Below, one piece after another: positions 36,869-50,082 of a DNA stretch of 64,000 nucleotides. Source of the stretch: Lama guanicoe (taxonomy: Eukaryota); NCBI GenBank assembly GCA_013239625.1, contig MU057344.1, positions 560,276 through 624,275 on the forward strand. The letters are read 5' to 3'. Below the pieces are notes generated by a model, which had not been told where the DNA came from, did no database searches, and worked only from the letters and a program-made list of their open reading frames with translations. Within the stretch, counting starts at the first letter, position 1. Every line of letters begins with the position of its first letter. A program made the position numbers and the translations under genes.

Positions 36869-37035
36869 TTCTGTGGCTGAAGAATGAGGACTTCGGCCTG
36901 AGAAGTCCGGGTGCCTTAATGTAATAAAGTGAACAAGGTAAATATGTACACACAAAACAGTGGACACACGCATGCGCCTGCTGTCAGGAAAGACGGCTGA
37001 AGGCAACTCGCTAAAAGGACTTTGAAAATGGTCTG

Positions 37036-37150
37036 TGCCAACGAACAAATGTACGTTCACGTGTAACTGAAAAATTGTGCTCCACCCTGGAATCTGACAC
37101 AACATTGTAAAATGACTACGACTCAATAAAAAAGTGTTTGAAAAAAAAAG
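37036..37150 (+). mobile_element. 5'-truncated young L1 3' end with poly(A) and TSD
   Basis: ...cacaacattgtaaaatgactacgactcaataaaaa...; TSD aaatggtctg at 37026-37035 and 37154-37163. Confidence 0.75.
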
Positions 37151-37969
37151 AGGAAATGGTCTGCTCCCCCCCCCAGACACTTAAGGACTCAGGAATCCAC
37201 CTGTGGTTTTTAGCGACAAGTAGAGCTGAAAGTCCAAGCGTAAGAGAAGACGGTCACAGCTTACCAGGGAGGGAGGAGTCACAGCCGTGCGGTCTCAGAT
37301 GCCTCTCGGGCAGAAACTGCGCGTGAGTGTGACTGGTGAGACCACGCGCCACCTCCCAGCCTCAACGTGAAGCAGGAAGAGACAGAAGCACAAGCAAAGC
37401 AACCCTTCCACCACCTGGGATGGTCTGAACTCGTCCCGACCAGCTTGGGGCCAAGAAGGGCATCCAACCCAACACGACAGTCCCCGGCAAGGTCAGAACA
37501 ATGTGAGCGTGAGACCTGAGTCTGGCCCCCCGCCCCCGCCCACTGAGCAGTGCTGACATCGCTGAGGTATGAGAGTAACAAGCTAAGGTTTAAGTCGCAC
37601 GTGAAAAGAGGAGCAGCGTTTGGAGAAAAACGACAGTCGCTGAACTAGCTCAGACTGAGGGTTAAAGAACTACACTCACTGAAAAACTCGGACCAAAAGG
37701 TCACTTCCCAGGAAAACGGACGACTAAGAGAGGGATGGCAGTGCAGCTCCCCCCTCGGGAGGCGAGCAGAGAGTGGGTCTCCCTGTGAGGAGACCCAGCA
37801 GGGCGACCTCACCACCTCGACAGGGAAGGGAACAGGGCCGTCCCGGCAGAGCCTGCAGCACACGCAGGACGCAGACCCAGCACTAGAAGGGCCACGGGGG
37901 AGGCAGGGGGAGGCCTGAAGGAACGTGTGGGAACCACAGACAAGCTGCGGCCTCAAGACCAGGTCACAG

Positions 37970-38128
37970 TGATGGCATCCCTGAACCCCGCCCCCCGGCC
38001 GCACTTTACAATCACCTAAGGAGCTTTGGAAAAGACTGATTCCTGAGCTTGACCCAGACCAAAAGCACCAGCGGTTTTCAAAGCCCACGAGGCAATTGCG
38101 GGTTCAGCCAGGGATGACGGGGCTGCCC
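37970..38128. mobile_element. MER5-like hAT DNA transposon relic
   Basis: aatcacctaaggagctttggaaaagactgattcctgag resembles the MER5A core. Confidence 0.4.
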
Positions 38129-38329
38129 CAGTGGGTCAACACCCTCCTAGCACGGGAAACACTGACGTTTTCGTCCGAACAAATGAAAAGTTAAATGAAC
38201 ACCGGAACCTACAAAGGCTTGTCTGATACAACCAGTCCTACCTGACGCTGTGCCTGAGGCCACAGCCGGTGCAGCAAGAAGCTGCAACAGCACACAGACG
38301 AGTAGGAGCAGGGAGGACCCACTCACGGT

Positions 38330-41300
38330 GACAGGGCTGCCTGTGCAGAAAATCACACAGAGAGACAAGAGCGACTGTCACAAGTGAGTTTATCGGGAAG
38401 GTTGCAGGAGACTAAGTGAACATACAAAAATCAGTTGTGTTTCCACACTAGCAACGACAGTAAGAAACTGACATTTAAAACCCCATTGACAGCAGCATGA
38501 AGTCCAGCACATGCAAGGGTGCAGCTGCAATGCAGTGCCTCCTCCCAGCCGCGAGGTGGGCAAGTCTGGCGTGCGACGGGCCCCGCGACGGCCTCAGAGG
38601 ACAGAACCGACGTGTGTATCTGAAAGGTGCTGACAGGGCGGACGGTGAAGTTTCTCACAGGAAAACAAACTTCTCACTACATGCAGGGACAGACGCCAAC
38701 CAGGCTTACTCTGCTAATCATTCCACAACGTTTGAAAAACAGAATCCCAGCGTTTCATGTAAATAATACGTAACTAACATTGCGTGTCAACTGTACCTCA
38801 ATAAGAAGTATAAGCCCTGTACACTGAGATGGCCAAACACTGCTGGCAGAGCTTAGAGGAAACAAGTAAATGGAGACACGTCCACGTTTGCAGACGGGAG
38901 GACACACTGTTGCTAAGGTCTCAGTGCTCCCCAAAGTGACCGGCAGATTCTACCCAAACCCAGCAAACAAAATCCTGCCCTTTCGATAGGAAATGACAAG
39001 CTGATTCTAAAATGAACGTAGAAATTTAAAGGACCTAGAATAGCTAAAAAAAAAAAAAAAGACTGAAAAAACAATGTTGGAGGACTAACACTACCTGATT
39101 TCGTGACTTGTGGGGAAGCTACAGTAACCAGATGAGGTGGCGCCCATGTGAAGGTCGACACAAGGTCGAGGGAACTCGCACACGTTCAGTCGGTGGGTTT
39201 TCAACAGAGGGGTCTCACCGGGGAGGGCAACCTTTCCAAACAGCTCCAGGAAGACTCGACAGCCGCGTCTGAAAGAATGAAGCTAAACTCTTTTCTCACA
39301 TGAGATGCAAAGAGCAACTCAAAATGGATTACAGACCTAAGTGTAAGGCTCAAAACCATAAAACTTTTAGAAGAAAGCACTGGAGAAAATCTCAGCGGCC
39401 TTGGGTTTGGTGAATCTTAAAAGGAACACACAGAACACAGACTTCAGAACTCGACAAACTGAACTTCAGTACAATTAAAATCTTTCACTCTTCATAAGAC
39501 ACTTAAGAAAGTGAAATTACAAGCTGTAGACCAACAAAATACATTTACTAAATGTATGTGTGACAAAGGAGTTGCTTCTAGAAAATATGAAGATTTCTTA
39601 AAACCTGGTAAGAAAACAACCCAGCTAAAACATGGGCAAAGACCCCATGTTCGGCAAACAGGCAGGCGGAGAGGCGCCCAGCAGCGTGCCACGAGGGGAC
39701 GCCAGCTCACAGCACGGCGGGCCCCCACCCGACCAGGGCGGCCCCCCACCCCACCAGGGCGGCCGGCGCCAGTTCCCCCAGAGCCAGTCTGCAAGTTTAA
39801 CGCGGTTTCTATAAAGACCCCAGCCAGCTTTCTTGTAAGTAGGGACAAGCTTACTCTAAAACGTGTATGGGAGGGAAAGGAGAGCGAAGATGGTGTGTGA
39901 GAAGCCGGATGAGGGGTGAGTCCCCTCTGAGACGCGCTCTAGGACTGCAGGATCAAGGCGGCGGGGCGGGGGCCAGAAGCAGAGCCATGCAGACACAGCC
40001 CGCTGCCTCTGACAGGCGGGCGATGGCAAGTCAAGGAAGGCAGGAGCATCCTTCCAAGGGCGGTGCTGGATCCGCTTCGCCCCCTAGGCAAGAAGCGAAC
40101 TCGGCCTCACCTTCACACCTGAGGCAAAAATTAACTCAAAATGGGTCGAAATGGCTTAAGTTAAACATAAGACAAACTATAACTTTTTTTAATCCTTTTG
40201 TTTTTTGTTCAGGAGGGGGCATAATGAGGTTATTTATCTATTTATTTATAAATAACGGAGGCACTGGGGACTGAACCCAGGACCTTGTGCATGCTAAGCA
40301 CACGCTCTACCACCAAGCTACACCCTCCCCCTCCAAACATATACTATAAAACTTTTATTAGAAAACAGGAGAAAGTTTTGGGTACCTATGACTAAAGAGA
40401 ATGTTTTGTACACGATATAAAAAGCACAGTTTGTAAGAGATTTTAAAAAATCGATAAACTAGGCTTCGTTGAAATTAGAGACGTGCTCTGTGGAAGACCC
40501 TGTTAAGAGGATAAACAGCAAGCTACAGACTGGGAGAAAATGTTTTCAAACTAGTTATCCAACAGAGGATTTGTATCTGTAACAGAAAGAACTCTCAAAA
40601 TGCAACAGTGGAAAGCCAAACCGTCTGACTGTTAGAAGAGGAGCTGACCGCAGAGGATGTGCGGAGACTGCGGGAGGAGGCTCCACGCCACCCCCACCCC
40701 AGGAGGGGATTAAAATCCCAACGTGGCGTCCCTGCACACACCAGAACGGCTCAAACAATTAAACGCTAGAGAGGCTGCCGGGAAGCGCCCTCTCCCACAC
40801 TCCTGAAAGGTCCTACAGTTTCTTATGCACAGCCCAGCCACTGCATTTATCCCAGAGAAATAACTGCTGTTCACAGAAAAACCTGCACATGAACGCTCAC
40901 AGCTTTGCAACAGCCCAAAACTGCAGAGGGCGCAAACGTCTCCCAGCTGGTGAACGGGGCAGCGAACTGCAACTGGTCCTACAACAAAGTGGCGCCCGGC
41001 AGGCGGGGCGCTCTCAGGGCCTCCGCGTGAACCAGGCCAGTCCCAGGCGGTAACGTAACGAACGCTCCCACGTATACAACCTTCTCCCAATGACAAAATT
41101 AGGGAGAGGCGGAGAACGGTGGTTGCCAGCAGTGTGAGGAGACCTGGGGTGGGGGCTCCTTGGCACAAGGGGACAGCTGCGAGCCTGCACTGCGGTGGGG
41201 GTCATACAGATGCGCACAGGGTGACACTGGAGAGGAGCACACACACGTCGAAACTGCTTTAGTCTGAGAAAGGGGTGCATACGGTGGCGGGACTCTTCCA

Positions 41301-41430
41301 ATGCTGGCTTCCGGGGTTCTGTATTACCGCACTCTCGCCCCGGAGGTAACACTCGGGGTTCGGGGCACAGGGGTTTCTCTATCACTTTAACAACTTTCTG
41401 TGAGTCCATAATTATTTCAAAGCAAACAAT
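38330..41430 (+). mobile_element. Degenerate L1M ORF2 and 3' fragments in NADK intron 1
   Basis: acatacaaaaatcagttgtgtttc; gacaagctgattctaaaat...ggacctagaatagc...ggaggactaacactacctgatttc; aactcaaaatggattacagacctaa. Confidence 0.85.
40184..40331 (-). mobile_element. tRNA-Ala-derived SINE (Vic-1-like) inserted in L1
   Basis: Reverse complement of the same SINE; flanking actataa(aa)cttt TSD-like repeat. Confidence 0.88.
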
Positions 41431-42649
41431 TAATTTTTTAAAAAAGAATAAACCAATCAAAACCACAAAAAGCAAATGTATTTAAAAATTGTCTATTACA
41501 AATTATCCAGGAGCTGTCAATCTTCAGTTACAAAGACTAATTTAATGACTAAGTAGTAAAGTAACTTACAAAAACATCACATTAAATATTAAAAACCAGC
41601 TTTTAAAATTTATCTCCACAGCATATTTTTTGACTATGGCAAATCAGGACGCACATTTAATTGAAGTTTATTTGCTATGTCAACTGCTTTAAAAGGATGA
41701 AATTCTAACTCCATCCAAGTTCATTAAAGTTCCCGACAGCACTAGTCTAGTTGTGAAAACCTTCTGCATTGGGGGTTTTATGAGTACAAAAGCGCTGAAG
41801 CGTTCTAATGAAGCATTCAGAGATAAACACCTGCCCAAAGGGGCAGGGAGACACGGTGACGCCAGGAAGTAAAATATAAACATAACACATATGACGTCCA
41901 GTGCGAGCTCTCAACAGGTATTTGGGGAAAAACTGAAAGAAAAAGGAAAGTTCATTTGGTGACGCATATGGGAACTGTTCAACCTGACTCCTTAACACTG
42001 AGTTGAAACAAAGTACCTTGTAAATCTCCCTTCTCCTCTCCCATCAATAAATGATGCGAAATGCCAGCAAGGATGTGATAAAACCAGGCGCACACACTGG
42101 CAGCCTCTGAACCGAGGGAGACCTTTTGGAAAGTTCTACGGCAAGTGCACCAAAAGCCAGACTGGGGGCCATATAAAGGAACAGAGCTAGAGACCAAAGC
42201 GGGCTGTGGCTGCCGCCCCTTTCCTTGGGCAGACAGGAAAACAGGGTCTGCGCGGTTCTGAACGAAGCCAGGTAACACCCTGTCTGGCTGCACACCGCAC
42301 ACCTCCAGGCCACCTTCACCAACTTCCCCTGAATGCTTTCCACCAACTGTCTAAACAGCTGTTTGCCTGTTCCCACCCGCTAAACTCAGGAGCAGGCAGT
42401 CCACTGTGAGTCAGGAAATACTGCAAATGGTCAGCGAGCAGCACAGACCACAGCGGGGGAATCCGGCAGTTACAGGCTGGCCTAGTGCCTGTCAACAGGT
42501 GTGAAGCCCGGGAGACACGGAGTGCGCCACGGCCTCCGACGGCTGTAACTCCCAGCCCATAGGGAAGCCCTGATTCCAGGTAAAGATGTGCGGACACCAA
42601 CCCCCACAAAGAACCACCTGCCCCTTCCTTCTGCAGGGTAAACGTTCCT

Positions 42650-44120
42650 TTGCTCAGGCGCTGATCAGGCGGCCGGCGGTTTCCGGATTTGCTTACGGGG
42701 CCCCTCCCCTCCCGGCCACCTCCCCAGGGAGGCCCTCGATCACCGCTTCGTGCCGGTAGCGAAGCTCACCTGCAAGTTCAGGGAGGACAACCAGGAGCAC
42801 CGAAGGCCCCTCCAGGGAGCCTGTGTCCGCGCCGCCCGGAGCCCGTCCCTGTCCGCAGTCCCCGCGGGAGCAAAGGTCACGGCCGGAGGACTCCGGGCGA
42901 GGCCGGAGCGGAGGACCGGGAGCGGGTCCGCGCAGGGCGCCGTCCAGGACGTGAAAACGACGGGGCTCCGGCCCGGGGCGCACCCTCGACGGGCCGGTCC
43001 CCCGACGCGGACCCGAGTGCGCCAGACAAGGGGGCAAAGGGACCAGGGACTCGGACCGGACCCCTGCGAGGCCCCGCCACCGGCCTCGGGGGCGTCGGGA
43101 ATGCGCTTCCGGAGGATCAACAACGAGACGTGGACCCCTAACTGACCGCCCCGCGTGAGGGCCGAACCCTCCAAGCTGCCCCACAGCGCGGACTCGGGCC
43201 GCCCGGACACTTGCAGGGAGGCCCGCGTCGGGGGTCGGCCGGCTGGCCGGCGCCTCCCGGCGTCCATGCGCGCGCGGTGGGCAGGGCAGCCCTCGGTCCC
43301 CCGCCCCCGGCCCTCCAACCCCAGCCAGCCCGCTGGGCCGAGGGGCCGAGCACTCACCGTTCGCGGCCGCGGGCGCCTGCGGGGCCGTTCCCACGCTGGG
43401 CCGAGCCCGCGGGCGCCGCCGCCCCGCCGCCACTCGCCGCCGCTAGCCGGCTCCCGGCGCCGCAGCCGCCCCCTGGCCCATGGCCGCCCCCAGACCACGG
43501 CCGCCCGCCCCGCGGCGCCGGCCCGCAGAGCAGCAATGCCGCCACGCCGCCAGTGCGCACGCGCGCCCGGCCCACCCCGCGCACGCGCCCCACCCGCACT
43601 AACACCGCGCATGCCCTCGGCGGCCTGCGCATGCGCCCCGCACACGTGGTGGGGGAACCCGCCCCGCCGGGGCTGGGGGCGGGGCGGGGGCGGAGGCGGA
43701 GGCCTGGGGGGCGGGGCTGGGACGGCCCTGGGGGAAGGGCGAGCGAGCGAGCTCGGGGCCTCGGCCGCCCCCACCCCGGCGGCGGCCCAGAGAGGACGGC
43801 GGCTGGTCGCCACTCACCCCGCAGCCTCGGAGGCACGGTCGCCGGCCTGGCCTCCCCGCCTGGCGCCCTTCCCGCCCTCCCCCTCTCCCACGCGGGCCAG
43901 GTGGGCTGACTGCGGCCCCTGCGAGCGGTGACACCGCCCGCCGAGGGCTCCGTAACTGCCAGTGTGTGGCTCTGCTTACAAGGAGTATGTTTTGGGAACC
44001 AAAACTCGGTGGGAGCTGCGACAGAACCCCGCCCGTCGGCTGCCGGCCCCGCTGGAGGGAGAGGCCTGACCCGGCCATCGTGGGCCTCGCCCGTCCCATG
44101 CAGCCTGGCCGGTCCTAGCA
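42650..44120. promoter_or_regulatory. NADK: NADK CpG-island promoter with NRF1 sites and GC boxes
   Basis: TGCGCATGCGC 43626-43636, TGCGCACGCGC about 43554; GGGCGG cluster 43670-43720. Confidence 0.85.
43358..43560 (-). other. NADK: NADK non-coding exon 1 (alternative first-exon donors at 43817 and 42769)
   Basis: Donor ACG|gtgagt at 43357; TSS approximate. Confidence 0.7.
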
Positions 44121-47100
44121 CACACCGCCTGTCCCCGAGGGGCTCTGGGCCTGGGTCTCAGTGGGGCCCGCCGAGGGTGGGCTGCCAACTGTTCACCCCC
44201 GCTCCAGCCCCGCACTGGAGGACCTGGGGAGGAGGGAGGAAGGCGGCCAAGGTGGATCTGCGCCCCCCGCCCCAGCCCAGACACCTTGCATCCTCCCTAG
44301 GCGTGCTGAATTGACGGGTTACCCACCACCAGTGCACAGAGTCGTGTCCCAGTCGTGTGCCCCGCTCCTGGGACGCGTCTGTGAATAAGCTAACGCAGGG
44401 TCACTGTAGATGAGCCACGGCAATGTGGGGCGGGAGCTCTGTAACCTGCCTGGCTCTCCAAGTGCGAGCCGTGTTCTTTTCCACACCCGGGTCTCCTGGA
44501 CGTACAGCGGAACCCAGCCCCTCTGTGGACTGGGGTCCTCTGCAGCATTCTGGCCTCCAGGTCTCCCCAGCCCCATACCTGCTGTTGACAGGCTTCTTCT
44601 CCGGCCGGGACTCCTGGCCCTGTGTTCAGCGACCTGGAACACAGCTGGGCCCAGAACAGGGCACGTCTCACTGCTGTCCTGGGATCACAGGGCAATGGGG
44701 TCACCAGTGGAAAGGGGGCAAAGATGGTGGGAACTTGGGGGGATTTCTCAAGCTCTGTAACTTCCCCATCTGGTTATTTTGTAAACCCAACCGCTTCCCC
44801 AAAGTAACCCCCAGACACACCCACAGAAAAGAGAAGCCTTTGAGCTGCTTTTTTTGTATCTGATCTGTTTTTGGATTTGGTCATTAACATAATAATGTTA
44901 ATGCTTGATCCACCACTTGGCTACGAGCCAGGCACTGGGCCAGGCCCCAAGAGCCTTCTAGAGCAGGGACGGTCTTTGCAGAGAAGGCACCAAGGCAGGA
45001 GCTCCTACCTTGTAACTAGCCAAGGTCACACAGCAGGCACCCTTCCTGTGTACCCCTCTCTAAAGTGAATTTGTGCAGGTGTGTGTCTGTAACCCTGGAA
45101 ATCTGTCCTCTGTGGACCCAGACAGACTTCCAGCAGGAGCGTGTCCCCATTGCAGGAATGAGAAAACAGGCTATGGCTTCCTTCAGCTGAGCCTGATTGT
45201 GCAATTCCTCCCAGCAGGCCCTGGGTCCCACCCTGGGGCTCACACCCAGTCCCTGAAGAGCTGACCAGCAAATCACAGAAAGTCCGATGCTGGGAGGAGC
45301 ACCTTAGGGCATCCGGAAGTTTCCTAGAGATTTTGCTTGGGCTGAGTCCAAAGGCTGAGCTGGGATGAGCCAGGCTATCATAGGGAGAGGGGAGGGCCAG
45401 CAGTGGGGACAAAGCCTGGCTGAGGGTGGGGGATGGATGCCAGTCCAGCCAGTGTGGGCTGGGCAAAGGATGGGGGGTCTGCCTGGGGAGGGGCTCAGGG
45501 TTCAGGAAAGGTCTCATTCTGGCCAGGCCATGGGCATGAACTCTCCCAGTGCCAGGGCTGCAGAACTCTGTTAATTTGAAATTTGTTTCTTTGTATCCTT
45601 TTCCTGAAACATGACTCTATTGTTTAAGCTTTAGACTCCCCCAAACCTGGACCCACATTCTTCTGAGGGTTGAAAGATGGGGGACCCTGCTGGGGGGTGG
45701 CGGTGGGGAAATGCAGGAAGCAGAGCCATGAAGGGTGGAGTGACAGGGCTGCCAGCCCAGAGAGTGATTCAGGCAGGGGGTGCCCCTGGATTTGGGTGGA
45801 GGCGGGTCCTGATCCCACTCCTGGGGAAGGAGGACTCAGCTGTGCCTGGCTGAGGGGAACCGAGTGAACCAAGGCTGCCCAGCACCCAAAAGGGGAGGTG
45901 GCTAGGACTCGACGAGCCTCCCTGTGGAGGAGCTGAGTGTCTCAGGCTATCCAGAGGTCGTCTCGTCCACCCCCCCAGCTCTGGCCTCCAGCCAGCATGC
46001 CTTGGACAAGCCAGCCCTTCCTGTCCTGCCTTACGTGGCCCTCCCCAGGGGCCAGTGTCCGGAATTGCGCACTTGGGAGTCTCTGGGATGCCCCCGCCCC
46101 CATACTTCTCAGCAGGGTGCTGGGGGAAGGGCACGCCCCCGGGAGGGTGGGGATCCCTGATGGCGAAGCCCAGTAAGCAGCCCCTGCCCCAGCACCTCGC
46201 GCGCATGTGGGACTCTGGATCCTCACAAGGTCTCTAGGAGCAGGCGATTTTCTTCTTGAGATTTCCACACAGCGAATCTAGAGAAGACAAGTAACTTGCC
46301 AAAGATCACACAGCTAGGATGAGAAGGGGAAGCATTTGGCTTTGGCTCTGGCAAGGACTCCGGCAGGACTCCAGGAGTGGGGACCCTCGCGGGGGAGACA
46401 GAGCTGGGTGGGGGATAAGGTGAAGAGGTCTGGTGGGCCAGATAGAGTGGTGGGAGAGGAGTCGGGGGAGACAGGTGGGGGTGGGGCAACCCCCCACACA
46501 TTAGGAGGAGGACCACAGGGGCGGGCAGGAGGCTATGTAGAGGGTCAGGCTTTGGGGATTGTGGGGACAGAGGGAAACCCGTGCCTGGGGAGGCTGGACA
46601 CAGCGAGGGGACCTGCGCACCGTGTGCTGCAGGAAGAAGAGACTGGACCTCGGAGCGCAGGTACCAAGTGCCAGTGGTCCTAGAGGTCACTGCAGTTCAT
46701 GTCCAGCTGCTGAGGGCTCCGTGCTGAGCGTGGACGCCACACCTGTGACAGGTGTGCCCACCAGAGCTGGCTGGTACCTTGGACACGAGCGGGGGAGGCT
46801 GCAGGGGAGGCTGGAGGAAGGAAGGGACAAGGGCTGGTACCTGGAGGGGAGGTGGGGCGAGAGGCAAGATGTCTCCTCCCAGGGGCATCCAGGCTTGTGC
46901 CTGGTTTGAAGTCCGAGGTTCACACAGGGCAGCATGGTGCGGGAGACCTTTCGCTCAACACCTCTGCTGGCTGTTCCCAGTGCTCCTGCGGACGCCTACA
47001 TTCAGTGATCATTTTGCTGAGAAAGTTGACAGTAGTCTTGAGGCCAGCAGACGGCTTTGTGAGCTCCCCTGGCCCTGGGTGGGGGAGCAGGAGACAGACT

Positions 47101-48099
47101 GGGTGCCAGGCCTGGGCACTGAAGGGAGCCTGGCTGAGACCTGTGCCCACCCCCAGGGTGAGCCAACGGCAGGTGTGCCCCCCCGCCCCCCAGGACTCGG
47201 GCTGCCAGCCCAGGGAGCACCTTCAACTCCCTCTAGCATTTAGCACGACTGCTGGCAAGGTTAAAATCTGCAAAAAACAGATTTACTTCAGAGAGAAGTG
47301 GGGGAGGTGGAAGCCAGGAAAATGCACTGTTCAGGCTGTCAGTCACCAGGAGATGCGCTGAGCCCTGGCAGAAACACCCGGGCGCCCCCGCTGAGGTGCT
47401 CGTCCTGCTCACCCAACTGGCGAGCAGAGCCCGGGGGCCCCCGTGGCTTTTCCTGGTGACTGGAGACGAGGGTCAACAGAGTGCTTCCCTTGCTTATGGA
47501 GAAGTGCCAGCGTCTGTCTCACCCATGAAAATCACCAAGTGATCTTTCATAACCTTACAGGACGTCTAAGACTAAAGAAAATTGCGTCCTTCGGCGAGAA
47601 GGCAGGGCTGGGGGCCGGGGAGGAGGCTGAATGAGTCCCGGACAGGCACTCAAGTCTGTCTCGTGTGTGGCCGATGCTCATTTTTTCTGACGATATGTTC
47701 TTTTCATTCAGACTCCGGTGAAACACATTTGATCAGAAGGAAAGGTGTCTCTGGAGTAACGTTCTCAGTATCTTGGGGAGGGAGGAGGAAGGGCAGGCCA
47801 GCTGTGGGGACACAGGCTCAGAGGAGGGGACGGAGGGAGAACAGCCCCTCGGGAGCCCACGGGCAGAGATGAGAAGACATCACCCTGGTGGTGACAGGTG
47901 GCCAGGGCTGCCAGGACCCTGCTGCTCTGCAGGTCCATGTGAGGACCTGCCGCCCCGTCCTTGGATTCTCCATGGTGGGGACAGGCGGGTGGGCAGCTGG
48001 GGTGGGCGAGGGCACTGCGCACACGACCAGGTCACTGGACCTGCCCGGCAGGGCGGCTGCTTCGTACACCGAACGGCCCCACAAACGAGCAGCCACACC

Positions 48100-49740
48100 A
48101 GAGCCCTCATGTCAAACTGCTTTATTACACCTTAAATAACAGCACAGTTGAGCACAGGGTCTATCTTGCGTCCAGCTTCCTTGCAGTACACTGGCTTGAG
48201 AATTAAATACAAAAGATGGAGAGACAGGGTGCAGAGAGCTCTACAGAGGCGCCGACGGGGAGGGGCTTGCCTCGCTCCGCAGGCCCAGGCCGAGCGCGGC
48301 CTCGGCACCAGGTGCCACACACACAGGCTGGGGGAGCCGCCGCTGCTGCTAAGGAGCGCGGGCGCAGGAGGAGGCGGCTGCTGGGCCAATGCTGCCGCTC
48401 ACGCCGGGCCGCGTGCCCGGGGCCTGCTGTTAGAGATGCCGGGCTCGGGGCGGAAGGCCGGTCCCGGGGGAGGGCCGGCATGCGGCGGTCACGGGGAGGG
48501 AGGCCAGGGTCTCCAGTCCCTGCCCATCCGCCCCCACCCGACAGCGGCCATTTGGAATGGGACTTGTTTTTGAAGAATTAAAACAGTGACTCGTCCTGCG
48601 ACTCGAGCATGTGGAGCCGCGACTGCACGGCTTCCGAGGCGCTGTGCGGGAGCAGCAGCAGTGGACGGACCTCGACGGCTACGACTTTAAAGAGGTTATT
48701 TCTTAAAAGAAAAAGAACATCTAAGGACTGAGTCCTGTGTGCACTTTTGAGCATTTCTACAGCATGCGATTCTAAGAGTAAACCCACCCAATATGGCAAA
48801 CGATCAAATTTTTTAAAATTTAACTTAGAAAGTTTGAGATTATTTGCAAAACATTGATTTGTACGCTGTTTCATACACAAATAACTGACTGACTATCCAA
48901 GCACAGGACGGGCTCTCTGGGAAATGGAGGCTCCTGATGGGGAGCGGGGGGCACGGGATAGTGTTGCGCTGTTGTTACAAATTTCCCTCCGACTTCACAA
49001 GGAGACCCAAAGTGAGATTAAAAACTGGACTGAGAAGGTAGACAGGGCAGATCGGGGAAGAAACAGGGCCTGACTGGTGTTCACTGTCCACCACGCGTTC
49101 GAGACCTTCCACAGCGTCATCCTTCTGGGCCAGGTGTGTGCGCAACAATTATGTGACACCAGACGAAAAATTAAAAAACTGGGGACTAGATTTACATTGT
49201 TAACAATGTCAGAGAGGCTGCATGAGACGCTCTGTCTCCGGTTAACTACTGAACATAAAGGAATATACTTTAAGAAGGAAATATGAATGTTTGCAAAATC
49301 CTGTTACAAACACAATCTGAACTTGAGACTCAGTTACAAGATGACACCCGCAGCTGGTTTTGCACGAACGGCACAAACCAGGATCGCAGATCTAGACTTC
49401 AGTCCACTAGGAAGAGGGGCGTCTGTCTCACAATTACACTCACGTTACCTTCTGATTAACATTTTTATTATAGTATTTCCTTTTAAATTCATTCAAGACA
49501 AAAAAGAAAAGGAAACAGAGACAGTGGTCCCGGCGGGAATGCACGACTTGTTTAGTTTACAGCACAGACTCTTCTCTTAATGGGAATTGTGCTCTTGGTT
49601 TCAGCAATAAGTGAAGGGGAGAGATCTTGCCCTTTTGAAGTTCTGGGGGCGGTGCAGGGCGTCCACGTTAGTAGGGGTTGAAATGCCATCACGGACGCTC
49701 CAGGTTGGAATGCTCTTCCAGTCACCACGGCGTCCTCCTG
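48100..49740 (-). other. GNB1: GNB1 terminal 3'UTR exon (12)
   Basis: Pyrimidine tract + aagcag acceptor; resembles recalled human GNB1 3'UTR; ends after AATAAA 48126-48121. Confidence 0.85.
48121..48126 (-). terminator. GNB1: GNB1 distal polyadenylation signal (proximal candidate 49464-49469)
   Basis: AATAAA on minus strand. Confidence 0.8.
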
Positions 49741-49953
49741 CTGCTTTAAACAGAAAGACAAGAGAGGCTAGTCAGCGTCACTGCTCCTCCCGAGCTCCTT
49801 CCATCCGCAGTGGGGCCGCACTCAGGGCGATGGGAACGCTGACCTTCCCACCGCTCCACATGACGACTCGTCAATCAGTCGAGAGACCCTGCGCCCCAGT
49901 TTCCTGCATGTCACGAGGGCTGCACACAGGGCGGTTGTTACCTGGCAGGGGCG

Positions 49954-50082
<129 letters not shown>

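Noticed and set aside
42693-44121. Long overlapping ORFs (up to 357 aa) in the NADK island, and similar ones at 2778-3769 and 19274-20269
   Set aside because: Arg/Pro/Gly/Ala-rich, open in several frames at once; expected from stop-codon depletion in CpG islands
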